A model generated the notes under the pieces. It worked only from the letters and a program-made list of their open reading frames with translations, did no database searches and had not been told where the DNA came from. This document shows positions 48,753 to 58,771 of a DNA stretch of 64,000 bases, piece by piece. Origin of the DNA: Armatimonadota bacterium (GTDB taxonomy: Bacteria; Armatimonadota; Fervidibacteria; Fervidibacterales; Thermosaccharophagaceae); the NCBI GenBank assembly GCA_025062195.1, contig JANXAS010000005.1, forward strand, positions 15,368 through 79,367, given 5' to 3'. The position numbers were made by a program, and so were the translations under genes. Within the stretch, counting starts at the first letter, position 1; the number at the start of each line of letters is the position of its first letter.

Positions 48753-49725
48753 CCGTCAATTTCTTTCGCAGGGATGAAATAGCCAGCTGTGAGAGCCCGT
48801 TCACAGTGAAACTGATGGAGAGCAATATCGTCCCGATTAAAAAAAGCACATGGTAATGTGAGCTTCCGACAACAACTTCTGGCATCTCAGCTCCAACAGT
48901 TGCAGCGAGTGTCCTTACCGAGTGCAATATGTTCAAATCAAGCAACGGCGCATTCCCTGTAGCCATTAATGCGATCATGGTCTCACCCCATGCTCTCCCA
49001 AAGCTGAGAAGTATTGCAGCGATAACTCCAGGCATAGCTGTCGGTATGACAACGCCGAGGGCTGTTTGCCACTTTGTTGCACCAAGGGCGATGCTCGCTG
49101 CGCGGTAACTCTCCGGGACACCGTGAAACGCTTCCTCGCATAATGTGAATGTGATTGGCACGACTGCAATTGATATCCCGATGCCTCCAACGAGTGTGTT
49201 CAACCTGTGCGGTGTAAGCGCATCGTGTAGCCATTTAATTTCGTAGGCGTGGGCAAGCCACGAAGCCACCTTCATAAGGCAAAAGAAGCCGATCACCACT
49301 GATGGGATGGCGGCGAGCAATTCAATTGTCGGTTTAACAAATTCGCTGAGCCACTTTGGGGCGCACTCCGATATGAAGAGGGCTGCAAGCATTCCGAGCG
49401 GAAGGGCGATAAGCAATGCTACGAAGCTTGTCTTAAGCGTCCCAGCGATCAGCGGCAGCAGGGAATATTTTGGAACCTCAGAAATCGGCTGCCAGACAGT
49501 CTTCAGGAATAGTTCGCGAAAATTTACCTCAGCCCTTATGCTCGGGTTGATGAAGACCATAAGTCCCTCTTTGAGGATGAAGATAGCCATCAACATTATG
49601 AGCAGTATGCTCGCCAAAGAGATGATGAATATTGAGGTCTCACCTATACGCTCATGCCATCTTACAGGGGAACGCTCTTTCAACTTGGCAACACTCCACT
49701 TTGTATTACCCGAAAGTTGACTCAC
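48745..49725 (-). CDS. pstC: Phosphate ABC transporter permease PstC
   Basis: LPLIAGTL, KPTIELLAAIPSVVIG, RAWGETM..MATGN. Confidence 0.95.
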   Translation of the reverse strand: MSQLSGNTKWSVAKLKERSPVRWHERIGETSIFIISLASILLIMLMAIFILKEGLMVFINPSIRAEVNFRELFLKTVWQPISEVPKYSLLPLIAGTLKTSFVALLIALPLGMLAALFISECAPKWLSEFVKPTIELLAAIPSVVIGFFCLMKVASWLAHAYEIKWLHDALTPHRLNTLVGGIGISIAVVPITFTLCEEAFHGVPESYRAASIALGATKWQTALGVVIPTAMPGVIAAILLSFGRAWGETMIALMATGNAPLLDLNILHSVRTLAATVGAEMPEVVVGSSHYHVLFLIGTILLSISFTVNGLSQLAISSLRKKLTGG

Positions 49726-49896
49726 ACTCCATCTTCACCTCACGAGTGAGCATGCTTTCCATCAATGTAATTGTGTCAACCATGTCTAGTTATGCATCGT
49801 TGTTGCCGTATGGCAAAGACAGACATGCGGCAATTGAAATCTTTTTGTGCAGTGTGCTCGGTTCAAATCCTAAGAAGCCGCAAAGATCCTGTTGGC

Positions 49897-50124
49897 TCAC
49901 CTTGATAAGGGGCACGATGAGCATGCGCTTGTTGAGGAACTTGGGCATGATGAGCATGCGCTTGTGCCGCGAGGGCGCGGTATGAAAGCACCGAATATGC
50001 GCCTCAGGCTCTTGCTGCCACAGGAAAAGCAACTCAGCTCCCTCTCTCGCTCATCCTTTTCGTAGATGCTGCATTCAAGTTCCGTGACAACGCCGCATTC
50101 AAGGCACTGATACTCATAGCGCAT
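49897..50124 (-). CDS. FmdB-family zinc-ribbon protein with duplicated TSACSSCP tail
   Basis: MRYEYQCLECG...CFSCGS..LRR; GGAGGT RBS. Confidence 0.85.
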   Translation of the reverse strand: MRYEYQCLECGVVTELECSIYEKDERERELSCFSCGSKSLRRIFGAFIPRPRGTSACSSCPSSSTSACSSCPLSR

Positions 50125-50294
50125 GTTGCCCTACCTCCTGACAAGTTTCGCTCCCCGCCAATGGCATAATAGCGCGCTGCTTCAATTTGTGCCTTCACAA
50201 GATGCAACTATACCATCCTGAGCCAGAAGCCATCCTATCTGGAGTTTGATCCACTTACGGTGCGTAGAGTTTGGCGAAGTTATTTTGCCGAAGC

Positions 50295-50426
50295 GCTCTT
50301 CGCTCAAAGGGTTGTTGGTCAATAGCCATACATGCTGTTGGCTCAACCTTTGATGGCGATGAAAATAATCGCCCAATTTGTTTGGCGGCTTTGGGGCAAG
50401 TCTTCATCCGAGTTTAGAGGACAAGT
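50295..50426 (-). repeat. Family R dispersed repeat (copy E, reverse strand)
   Basis: Reverse complement ACTTGTCCTC...TTGCCCC...CATCAAAGGTTG..AGCCAACAGCATG...GACCAAC.ACC.TTTGAGCGAAGAGC matches 13770-13909. Confidence 0.75.
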
Positions 50427-50691
50427 ATTCAGCAAACCATTTGTGCGAGGCTTCTGTCAAGCTGCTCTGTCGCTTAGTGGTTAAATGTGAGCCAATCAAA
50501 AATTTATTGGTGAGTCGCATGGTCAGGCTACCGCCCGGCTGAAACTTGTCGGATTGGCGGTGATTGCCGCAAATGCCTGGATGTGAGCGTTTATAGGTGT
50601 TTGCCATCCAAGCCCGATAAATGAAAATCAAAAATGAATGATGTGCTGCATTTATTTTTGAAGCGGGAATTGCTCACCCGACCGGATTCGC

Positions 50692-51354
50692 TCAACTCCC
50701 CAGCAATATAACAAAGGCGTTGAAGAGCACATAGATCACCGAGTGGATGACGAACATCGGCAGGAAGGATTCGCAATGCCACGCAATCAACCCAGAGATA
50801 ACTCCGCCAGGGAGAGCTGAGATAAACTCAACTTGCGGTTTACCTATATGTGCCAACCAGAATGGCAACGCTTGAACACCTATCGCCCATATGCCGATTT
50901 GACGCTTGAGGGAGAAGAGTATAAATCCACGAAACAGAAACTCCCATCCGAACATGTAAATCGTCATTCCGATGGCGAGCTTAATGAATTCCAAGGTGCT
51001 ATATCTCGCTGGCGCGTAGAACGGATAGTGTGCTTGGAACTGCGGCATGCGTGCGCACAGGATTAAAAGCGGTGTCATCACAACAAGGGCAATTAGTGTC
51101 CACATTAATCCACGCCCGAGTTTGCCGAGGCGCAGCCCAACATCGTTCCATTTCCAACCGGTTGCCTTTGTAAGTGCTGCTGGGAGAATGAAACACAACA
51201 GGAAGTTGAGCAGGACATACTGCCCGAATTGCTCATTCCTGTTCACCGGCATTGTCACTGATGCAGCTATAAGCATGAGGGCACACACGAAAGTTATAGC
51301 GGTTTGCACTTTCTCGCCCAACCATCCGCTGTGGCGCAATTTGAATTCACCCAT
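50692..51354 (-). CDS. CPBP/CAAX (Abi) family intramembrane protease
   Basis: WEFLFRG, FWLAHIGKP..E, HSV; multiple TM segments. Confidence 0.85.
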   Translation of the reverse strand: MGEFKLRHSGWLGEKVQTAITFVCALMLIAASVTMPVNRNEQFGQYVLLNFLLCFILPAALTKATGWKWNDVGLRLGKLGRGLMWTLIALVVMTPLLILCARMPQFQAHYPFYAPARYSTLEFIKLAIGMTIYMFGWEFLFRGFILFSLKRQIGIWAIGVQALPFWLAHIGKPQVEFISALPGGVISGLIAWHCESFLPMFVIHSVIYVLFNAFVILLGS

Positions 51355-52311
51355 TTAAAGCCTTGGTCGCTCAATCTCCATTACGATGTTTCCGCTGCGG
51401 AATATGCGCACCGTCCCAGTTGACGCCGACACTGTTATTGCAATTGCATTAGTCACTGCGGTTATACTTGCTGCTGCCATATGCCTTGTGCCCAAGCCCA
51501 TGGGGACTTCAACCCTTAGCACGCCCGGTTGGATGTAAGACCCGGCAGACTCCACCACACCATCGCCTCGTATGATGAATGCGCCATCAATGGAGCTGAA
51601 CTCTTTTATCGTCTCCGTTATGTCCGGGTTGAGGACGCTCCTAATATTTTCATCGTATCCGGCAAATGGGTTGAGCACGAGTTGCGTGACATGCTTTTTC
51701 ACATTCTCAGAGTCACCAACAACGAACATTGTCCCAATCGGGCGCCCCTCACGTCCCTCAACGGCGAGTTGTATAGCTATCTCAACGAGTTGCTCAAAGA
51801 CTTCCGGCTTGACATCGTCCGAAAGCAAATCGGCACCGGATGTGAAGAGTTCAAGTTCATCCTTTACCGAGATGAGCATCATCGTGTCAAGGTGTAATGC
51901 CCTCGGCTGACCAGCAAGACATATCAGCACATCATCGGCATCAATGATATTCCTCGTCAGGGCAAGTAGAAGCGCAACTTTAATTTGACCAAGCCGCGTC
52001 AGATTGATGCTCGGCAAATCAACCGTCCTTTTAAATCTGCTTCTCACATCATCTGTGAGCATATCCTCATCGGCAGCGAGTATGCAGTTTTCAGGGTCTA
52101 AAACATTTTCAACGACGGATATAATTTCGTGCGAGCCAGCACATACAAGCACTGAAGAGATGTTGGCTTCCTTAGCTGCAGCCTTCGCAGCCTTTAGCAG
52201 CGACTGAGTCGTTACGGTTGCGACATCCTCTGGCGTTTTTGCCCTTATAGCTTCATGTCTCTCTTTCCTCTGCTTTGAGTTGGGGCGTTCTCTCTGCTCC
52301 TTAACTGTCAT
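51355..52311 (-). CDS. Diadenylate cyclase, DacZ-like (PK_C-like N-domain + DisA_N)
   Basis: EGREGRPIGTMFVVGD, KEFSSIDGAFII, GLGTRHMAAASIT, VSASTG. Confidence 0.87.
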   Translation of the reverse strand: MTVKEQRERPNSKQRKERHEAIRAKTPEDVATVTTQSLLKAAKAAAKEANISSVLVCAGSHEIISVVENVLDPENCILAADEDMLTDDVRSRFKRTVDLPSINLTRLGQIKVALLLALTRNIIDADDVLICLAGQPRALHLDTMMLISVKDELELFTSGADLLSDDVKPEVFEQLVEIAIQLAVEGREGRPIGTMFVVGDSENVKKHVTQLVLNPFAGYDENIRSVLNPDITETIKEFSSIDGAFIIRGDGVVESAGSYIQPGVLRVEVPMGLGTRHMAAASITAVTNAIAITVSASTGTVRIFRSGNIVMEIERPRL

Positions 52312-52328
52312 GTTGAGATCACCTCAAG

Positions 52329-53390
52329 TCACTTGCTCAATTTCGCTTCCCTGCAATCCCTTGCCGAGCGATAAATGGCATCAAGCATTCTCATAACGGT
52401 AACGCCTTGCCACGCATCCGTTAGTGGTTTCTTGCCCTCAAGTATGCATTCAATAAAGTGTTCAACTTCAGCCTTGTATGGATTGCCCGGATCTATGCCC
52501 AATGTTTCTGTGGCAGCATAGCCACCTATGTCGCGATAAAGCTCAAGGGGTGGCAAGTGCATCCCGGCGCGAGTGCCGTAAATATCCAGCGATAGCGTTG
52601 ACTCGCCTTTAATGTTAAGCATCCATGCAATCTCAAAGGACAGCGTTGCCCCGTTTGCAAACCTGATCATGCCAGTGGCGAGCTCTTCAACTTCAAATTC
52701 GCCATAGAGTTTGATTCCCTCTTTCACATCAGCCGGTTGCCAACCGCCCGGACGAAGGTCTTCAAGTGCAATCTTGGTGTATGTTGCCCCGCTTGCACTC
52801 ATTGGTTCTGGGTTGCCCATCAACCACCACGCAAGATCAATCAAATGAACACCGACATCAAGCAATGCGCCGCCACCCGCCTCTTTGCTTGCGAACCAGC
52901 CAAGTGGTGCGCCGCGCCTTCTAAGACAAGCTGTCCGCCCATAATAGATCTCACCCAGCTCACCATCCTCAACCAGTTTCCTTGCGAGCTTTGAGTCAGC
53001 TCTGTAGCGCCATTGAAGCGCATACATAAGCAGGCGCGAATTGCTCTCACTCGCCTCAGCCATCCTCTGAGCTTCCTTTGCATTCCTTGCCGGTGGCTTC
53101 TCGCATAACACATGCTTCCCGCTGTTTAGAGCTGCTATTGCAACTTCGGCATGCAAGTTCGTCGGGAGAGAAATACAAACAGCGTCTATATCATCTCGTT
53201 TGAGCAGTTCACGGTAGTCATCATAGACATGCTCTATGCCGTATGCGATTGCTGTGCGCTGTGCCCTTTCCTTAACGATGTCGCAGATTGCCACGAGCTC
53301 GGCGTTGCTATGCGCCTTAAAGTTTGGCAAGTGTGCAGCTTGAGCTATTTGTCCAGCACCAATTACTGCCACCCTCACCTTGCCATCCAT
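52329..53390 (-). CDS. Gfo/Idh/MocA family oxidoreductase
   Basis: VIGAGQIA, GKHVLCEKP, GGGALLDVGVHLID. Confidence 0.93.
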   Translation of the reverse strand: MDGKVRVAVIGAGQIAQAAHLPNFKAHSNAELVAICDIVKERAQRTAIAYGIEHVYDDYRELLKRDDIDAVCISLPTNLHAEVAIAALNSGKHVLCEKPPARNAKEAQRMAEASESNSRLLMYALQWRYRADSKLARKLVEDGELGEIYYGRTACLRRRGAPLGWFASKEAGGGALLDVGVHLIDLAWWLMGNPEPMSASGATYTKIALEDLRPGGWQPADVKEGIKLYGEFEVEELATGMIRFANGATLSFEIAWMLNIKGESTLSLDIYGTRAGMHLPPLELYRDIGGYAATETLGIDPGNPYKAEVEHFIECILEGKKPLTDAWQGVTVMRMLDAIYRSARDCREAKLSK

Positions 53391-53479
53391 CTATCTCACC
53401 TCGCCTCCTCAAATGTGATTTAGCGATAGATACAATCAGCATACGCTTCAAGATGGCATTCCCATTTGGGAAATGACAT

Positions 53480-54253
53480 TCACTGGCTGCTCAACTGTGC
53501 CATGACCTGCTTGATGGCGCTGCTTGCTGCAGCGCTCATCAGGCGCAACTCTGAGCTTATCGCAACGAATTTGAAGCCCTGATTTATTCTTTCAATTGCC
53601 TCATCGGCATCGGCACAATGTATCCCAGCTGGCTTGCCGATCTCGTTTGCCACATTGAGCACACGTTCAATTGCTTCAAGCCAGCTTTTCTCCTGCCTGA
53701 AGTTGGTATGCAGCAATCCGAGTGAAGCTGCCAAGTCATTTGGTCCGATGAAACAACCATCAATTCCATCAACGCTCAGTATCTCCCTTGAGCGCTCAAC
53801 TGCCATGAAATGCTCAATCTGGACGATAAGGCATATCTCGTCATTTGCCCTCCGGAAATAATCTGAGCCATGCAGGTTCGGAGCAAGTGCTCCGCCAGCC
53901 GACCTCATTCCCATCGGTGGGAAGAAGGTTGCCCTAACTGCAGCAGCTGCCTCTTGCGCATTGCAGACCATCGGGACAACAATGCCGAGTGCACCGGCAT
54001 CCAAGGCTCGCTTTATCAACATCGGGTCATTCCAAGCCACCCTCACAAACGGTATGCACTCGGTGAGGCATATCGCCTGAATGCAATGAAGCATCGCATC
54101 GTATCCGATTTGACCATGCTCTGTGTCTATGACGAGCCATTCAAAGCCGCTGCGAGCCATTATGAGTGAGGCTGTCGGAGAGCCAAGCGAAAGCCATGAG
54201 CCAACTGTCGCTTCGCAGCGCTTCAGCTTCTCCTTGACGGTGTTATGGCGCAT
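53480..54253 (-). CDS. HpcH/HpaI (GarL/RhmA-like) class II aldolase
   Basis: IDTEHG, KRALDAGA, PPMGMRS, QIEH, FIGPNDLAASLG. Confidence 0.92.
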   Translation of the reverse strand: MRHNTVKEKLKRCEATVGSWLSLGSPTASLIMARSGFEWLVIDTEHGQIGYDAMLHCIQAICLTECIPFVRVAWNDPMLIKRALDAGALGIVVPMVCNAQEAAAAVRATFFPPMGMRSAGGALAPNLHGSDYFRRANDEICLIVQIEHFMAVERSREILSVDGIDGCFIGPNDLAASLGLLHTNFRQEKSWLEAIERVLNVANEIGKPAGIHCADADEAIERINQGFKFVAISSELRLMSAAASSAIKQVMAQLSSQ

Positions 54254-54421
54254 AGCTATTCTCCCCTTTTATGAGCCGTCTTTTGCAGTGCCAAATTCTG
54301 AGCAACGCAAAAGTGTTGCCGAAAGCGATCCGCCCACTTCGGTTTTATTTCATGTTCATGTCCTCCGCTATCGCCCGCAATTTGCCCGCTGCCAGTTTTA
54401 TGTGTCTCAATTGTTGAAAAA

Positions 54422-57163
54422 TTATTCTGACGACTGCAGCTCCTTCAGCACATCAAATCTTCTCTGCAGCTGCTCCAGTTGAGCCCTCAAATCAGCCTCC
54501 CTTTTTCTCTCCGCTTCTATTACATCGCTCGGAGCATTTTGCAGGAAGCGTTCGTTTTGCAGCCTCTTGCTCACACGCTCAAGCTCCGACATCACCTTAG
54601 CAAGCTGCTTATTTAGCCTCTCCATCTCCTTACCGGCGTCCACCACACCGCGCAACGGGATATAAATCTCAACGCAATCCGAGGAAGCCGAGGCGGCGAG
54701 TTTTGGGCGCGGCTCTTTGGCACTGTGAAATTCAACCTCTCTCAATCGGGCGAGCGATGTTATCCACCAAAGGTTATCCTTTATGAGCTGCAGCATGCTT
54801 TCGTCCGAGACGAACATGATGGCATCGCAAGCCGACCTTGAAAATCCCATCTCTGATTTGATGTTTCTTATTGCTGAGACAAGCCACATCAGTCTATCCA
54901 TGCTGCTCTCCGCTTCCAAATCTATCAGGTCTTCGTCAACTCTCGGGAACGGCGAGACCATTATGCTATCCCCACCGTGCGGCAATCGCTGCCATAGCCC
55001 TTCCGTGAGGAATGGCATGAACGGATGCAGCAACCTCAAAGCGCTATCAAGCGTCCTACAAAGAACAGCTTGTGTAATCTTCCTGCGGGTGCTGTCGCGC
55101 TGCGAGATGGCGCATTTGCTGATTTCAATATACCAGTCGCAGAACTCGTCCCAGACAAAGTCATAGATCGCCTTTGCAGCCCTGTCAAATTCGCACCCCT
55201 CAAGGTAGCCGTTGATGCGAGCGATATAATGCTGCAGCCTGCTCAAAATCCATCTATCCGGCAATGTCAATGTGGAGCGCTTCAACTCCGATATTGTTGG
55301 CAATCGGTTGAATACCTCCTCATCAAGGTTCATGAGCACATAGCGTGTTGCATTCCATATTTTGTTTGCGAAGTCCCTTGCCATATCAAGCCGTTCCTCA
55401 CTGAACCTTATGTCCTGACCGAGTTCGCATTGTATGGTTAGCCCGAAGCGCAATGCATCAGCGCCGTAGCGGTCTATCAGTTCAAGTGGGTCAACACCAG
55501 TCCCAAGGGACTTGCTCATTCTCTTCCCTTCCTTTGTCAGTATTGTCGGATGGACATAGACGGTTCGGAACGGTATGTCGCCAGCAAACTTCAACCCGGT
55601 CATTATCATCCTTGCCACCCAAAGGTATAGGATGTCCCTTGCGGTTATCATCAAGTCGGTTGGATAGAAGACCTCAAGCTCCTTTGTCTTATCAGGCCAT
55701 CCAAGTGTGGCATGCGGCCATATGGCTGAGCTGAACCATGTATCAAGCACATCCGAATCTTGAACGATGTTTTCGCTCCCACATTTTGGGCATGCCTTTG
55801 GTTGCTCAATCGCTGCGAACCACTCGGCATCAACATCAGCCCTTATTCGCACTTCACCGGTTGGAAGTTGCCATTCGCTGACTTTCTCACCGTTGCAATC
55901 TCGGCAATACCAAACTGGTATACGATGCCCCCACCATATCTGCCTTGATATGCACCAATCCTTGATATTCTCAAGCCACTCAATCGTCATTCTACCAAAG
56001 CGCTCCGGGACATATTTAACTCTCCCGCTCCGTATGACTTCAATTGCTGGCTCGGCGAGGGGTTTCATGCGCACAAACCACTGCACTGATAGCAGCGGCT
56101 CAATCGCGGTCCCGCATCGGTAGCAAAGTGCAAGCGGCACTTCGTATTCTTCGGTTCGTATGAGCAACCCAGCACGCTCAAGCTCGCTGACTACAGCTTC
56201 TCGGCACTCGTATCTGTCCATCCCGGCAAACTTCCCGGCATGCTCTGTCATCCTTCCGAATTCGTCAATCACTATAACCCTCTCCAAGCCGTGTCTTTCA
56301 CCGATTTCAAAGTCGGCGGCATCGTGAGCTGGCGTAACTTTAACAGCGCCTGTGCCAAATGTTGGGTCAACTGATTCATCGGATATTACCGGGATTATTC
56401 TATGCATGAGCGGCAGGATAACGGTTGAACCGATAAGGTGCTTGTAGCGCTCATCGTTTGGGTGAACGGCAACAGCTGTATCGCCGAGCATTGTCTCCGG
56501 GCGAGTCGTGGCAACGACTATCCCATAGCCACCATCGGTGGCTGGGTAGCGTATGAACCAAAGCTTTGATGGTCGGCTCTCATGTTCAACCTCAAGGTCG
56601 CTTAGCGCAGTTAAGCACCTTGAACACCAATTGATGACCCTGTGACCACGGTAGATCAAGCCTTCATTTGCCAGTTGGATAAATGTCATCAAGACCGCTT
56701 TGACATAGCCATCGTCCATTGTGAAGCGCTCTCTACGCCAATCGTATGAGCATCCAAGTGTGCGCAATTGGCTCAGTATCATTCCGCCATATTGCTCCTT
56801 CCACTGCCACACTCGTTCAAGGAATTTTTCTCGCCCAAGTTCGTGTCTTGTCTTTCCTTCCTTTGCGATTTCCTTTTCAACGACGACCTGTGTTGCGATG
56901 CCAGCGTGGTCTGTGCCGGGTAGACATAGGACATTCTTTCCGAGCATGCGCTGCCATCGGACGACGATGTCATGTATCGTGTGATTGAGGGCGTGCCCCA
57001 TGTGAAGTGAGCCAGTCACATTTGGCGGTGGTATAGTGATGCAGTATGGGATGCGTTCATCATCGGCATCAGCGTAAAAGTATCCGGCTCTCTCCCAGAA
57101 CCCATACCACTTCGCCTCAACATCCTTTGGGTTGTATGTTTTCGGAAGTGATACCTTTGGCAT
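54422..57163 (-). CDS. valS: Valine--tRNA ligase
   Basis: PPPNVTGSLHMGHAL, DHAGIATQ, WCISRQIWWGH, RMSKSLG, C-terminal coiled coil; start MPKVSLP behind GAGGTG. Confidence 0.97.
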   Translation of the reverse strand: MPKVSLPKTYNPKDVEAKWYGFWERAGYFYADADDERIPYCITIPPPNVTGSLHMGHALNHTIHDIVVRWQRMLGKNVLCLPGTDHAGIATQVVVEKEIAKEGKTRHELGREKFLERVWQWKEQYGGMILSQLRTLGCSYDWRRERFTMDDGYVKAVLMTFIQLANEGLIYRGHRVINWCSRCLTALSDLEVEHESRPSKLWFIRYPATDGGYGIVVATTRPETMLGDTAVAVHPNDERYKHLIGSTVILPLMHRIIPVISDESVDPTFGTGAVKVTPAHDAADFEIGERHGLERVIVIDEFGRMTEHAGKFAGMDRYECREAVVSELERAGLLIRTEEYEVPLALCYRCGTAIEPLLSVQWFVRMKPLAEPAIEVIRSGRVKYVPERFGRMTIEWLENIKDWCISRQIWWGHRIPVWYCRDCNGEKVSEWQLPTGEVRIRADVDAEWFAAIEQPKACPKCGSENIVQDSDVLDTWFSSAIWPHATLGWPDKTKELEVFYPTDLMITARDILYLWVARMIMTGLKFAGDIPFRTVYVHPTILTKEGKRMSKSLGTGVDPLELIDRYGADALRFGLTIQCELGQDIRFSEERLDMARDFANKIWNATRYVLMNLDEEVFNRLPTISELKRSTLTLPDRWILSRLQHYIARINGYLEGCEFDRAAKAIYDFVWDEFCDWYIEISKCAISQRDSTRRKITQAVLCRTLDSALRLLHPFMPFLTEGLWQRLPHGGDSIMVSPFPRVDEDLIDLEAESSMDRLMWLVSAIRNIKSEMGFSRSACDAIMFVSDESMLQLIKDNLWWITSLARLREVEFHSAKEPRPKLAASASSDCVEIYIPLRGVVDAGKEMERLNKQLAKVMSELERVSKRLQNERFLQNAPSDVIEAERKREADLRAQLEQLQRRFDVLKELQSSE

Positions 57164-57307
57164 GCCACAAAACACCTCGCCACTGCACAGAGTTAGTCTC
57201 GCAGCGGAAAATGCGTTTTTAGCATATTGCTGACGAACCAAAAGTATGTGCATCGGTTCACTGCATAACAATTATGCAGCGTGGCAGGTGAGCCACGATG
57301 GACAGCA

Positions 57308-57660
57308 AAAATTTGTCTCCATATTCATCGCGAATGTTGTTGGTGGACAAATTTCCACAACATGCTATGGGCTTTAACCCATAGTCTCCGGCAAGTTTTG
57401 CGCATTGGCATGTGAAATCTGCCATTAAATTTCCGGCATGTTTCACCTGCCGGAAAATGACCATCAGGGGCAAACACAGCGCCAATAAGTCAACTTGCAC
57501 CAATTTTGGCTCGGCATGATTCGTCCTCCTAAGCCCGGCATCAATTTAGCCATCACGCAAATTCGCAAAGTGAATTTGGCGCTCATTGTTTCTTCATCAA
57601 ACGGTTGGCTGAAGCCTGTGGCATAGATAGCCGAGCAGTATCAACTTTTTTGAGCAAGGG
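57308..57660 (+). repeat. Composite dispersed repeat, family R (copy D)
   Basis: Collinear with 13570-13909; core GAATTTGGCGCTC...AACGGTTGGCTGAAGCC.GTGGCAT...TTTTGAGCAAG. Confidence 0.7.
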
Positions 57661-57818
57661 ATTGCGCGCCTGATGCCACTTATGCGGTGTCGGACTATAG
57701 CCCGCCGAAAAGATAGCGAAAACAAGTAACACAGACGCCTCTGCAACCATCCCCACATTCAGGTGCGCAACCCCAAAATTAGCAAAGGGCAGCTTGTCTT
57801 GGTTTGGCGCATGCAAGT

Positions 57819-58409
57819 TTATGCAACTCCGCTTTTCCCTTCCTCACCGAAACGCTCGATGAACTTGTTTAGGAATGGCCTCAAAGTTGGCTCGTCAATT
57901 ATGGTGATTCGTATTATGCGCAGCTTGCTATCTTTGTGCTCGGAACAGAATTCGGTGATGGTCTGCAGAATGACAGCCGCACATCTATCCTTTGGGAAGC
58001 CGAATATGCCGGCGCTTATTGCTGGGAGGGCTATGCTCTCAAAACCTTTCTCATCAGCCATCTTCAAACTTTTGTATACGGCGCTCTTTAGCTTTTCATC
58101 CTCATTTCCTTCGCCCCATTGAGGTCCAACTGCATGTATTACGGCTTTAGCTGGGAGCGCGCCTGCTGTTGTCATTGCCACTTCACCAACTGGCACATAG
58201 CCTATCTTGTCGCTTTCCTCTTGAATAACTTTCCCACCCTTTCGGACTATAGCCCCAGCAACACCACCGCTGTGCTTAAGGTAGGAGTTTGCCGCGTTGA
58301 CTATTGCATCCACTCTCTCTTCCGTTATGTCTCCATGAACAAGTTGCAGCAAGTGTCCGGATGGAAGCCTGTGTTCATAAACCACTTCATTCAACCTTAT
58401 CACCCCCAA
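57819..58409 (-). CDS. Macro domain protein (ADP-ribose binding / O-acetyl-ADP-ribose deacetylase)
   Basis: GDIT, DAIVNAAN, GGVAGAI, VIHAVGP, PAISAGIFGFP; start may be TTG 58394. Confidence 0.93.
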   Translation of the reverse strand: MGVIRLNEVVYEHRLPSGHLLQLVHGDITEERVDAIVNAANSYLKHSGGVAGAIVRKGGKVIQEESDKIGYVPVGEVAMTTAGALPAKAVIHAVGPQWGEGNEDEKLKSAVYKSLKMADEKGFESIALPAISAGIFGFPKDRCAAVILQTITEFCSEHKDSKLRIIRITIIDEPTLRPFLNKFIERFGEEGKSGVA

Positions 58410-58421
58410 ATATGCAGCTGA

Positions 58422-58589
58422 GCTCTTTACTCAAAATTTTGCTGGTTCGTAGTAAGGCACCGAGAAATGCACAGTGCCGTCAGAGTGAGCGCAAAGTGCA
58501 AGTAAAATGATAGCATCGCACATTGCACCAATTTAACGCTGCTTCGTGGCTAACTACGAACCTAACAAACAAAGTTTGCAGGAGAGAGC
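58422..58589. repeat. Structured non-coding element (MITE-like or cis-RNA), copy 2
   Basis: Collinear with 4168-4352, including the identical CATCGCACATTGCACCAATTTAACGC. Confidence 0.8.
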
Positions 58590-58771
58590 GTGCAGCTGTT
58601 TTGCATCGTCTCTTTGGTCAGATTTGTAGCGGTCTCAAAGCAGCTGCGAGAAAACCCTTCAAGCCATAATGCATTTTACTGCCAGTGGTGCATCCGTTAA
58701 AATCGCCATTGGACAGGACGGCAAATTTCATCCAATGCCATTCAATCAAAGCCCTAAGAGGGATGTCCGTC

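Noticed and set aside
49726-49800. Pho boxes upstream of pstC or pstS
   Set aside because: GACA-like half sites are present but lack the 11-bp periodicity; not supportable
57164-57800. T-box riboswitch upstream of valS
   Set aside because: No GGTGGNACC(G/A)CG T-box consensus seen on the minus strand; the region is occupied by repeat family R
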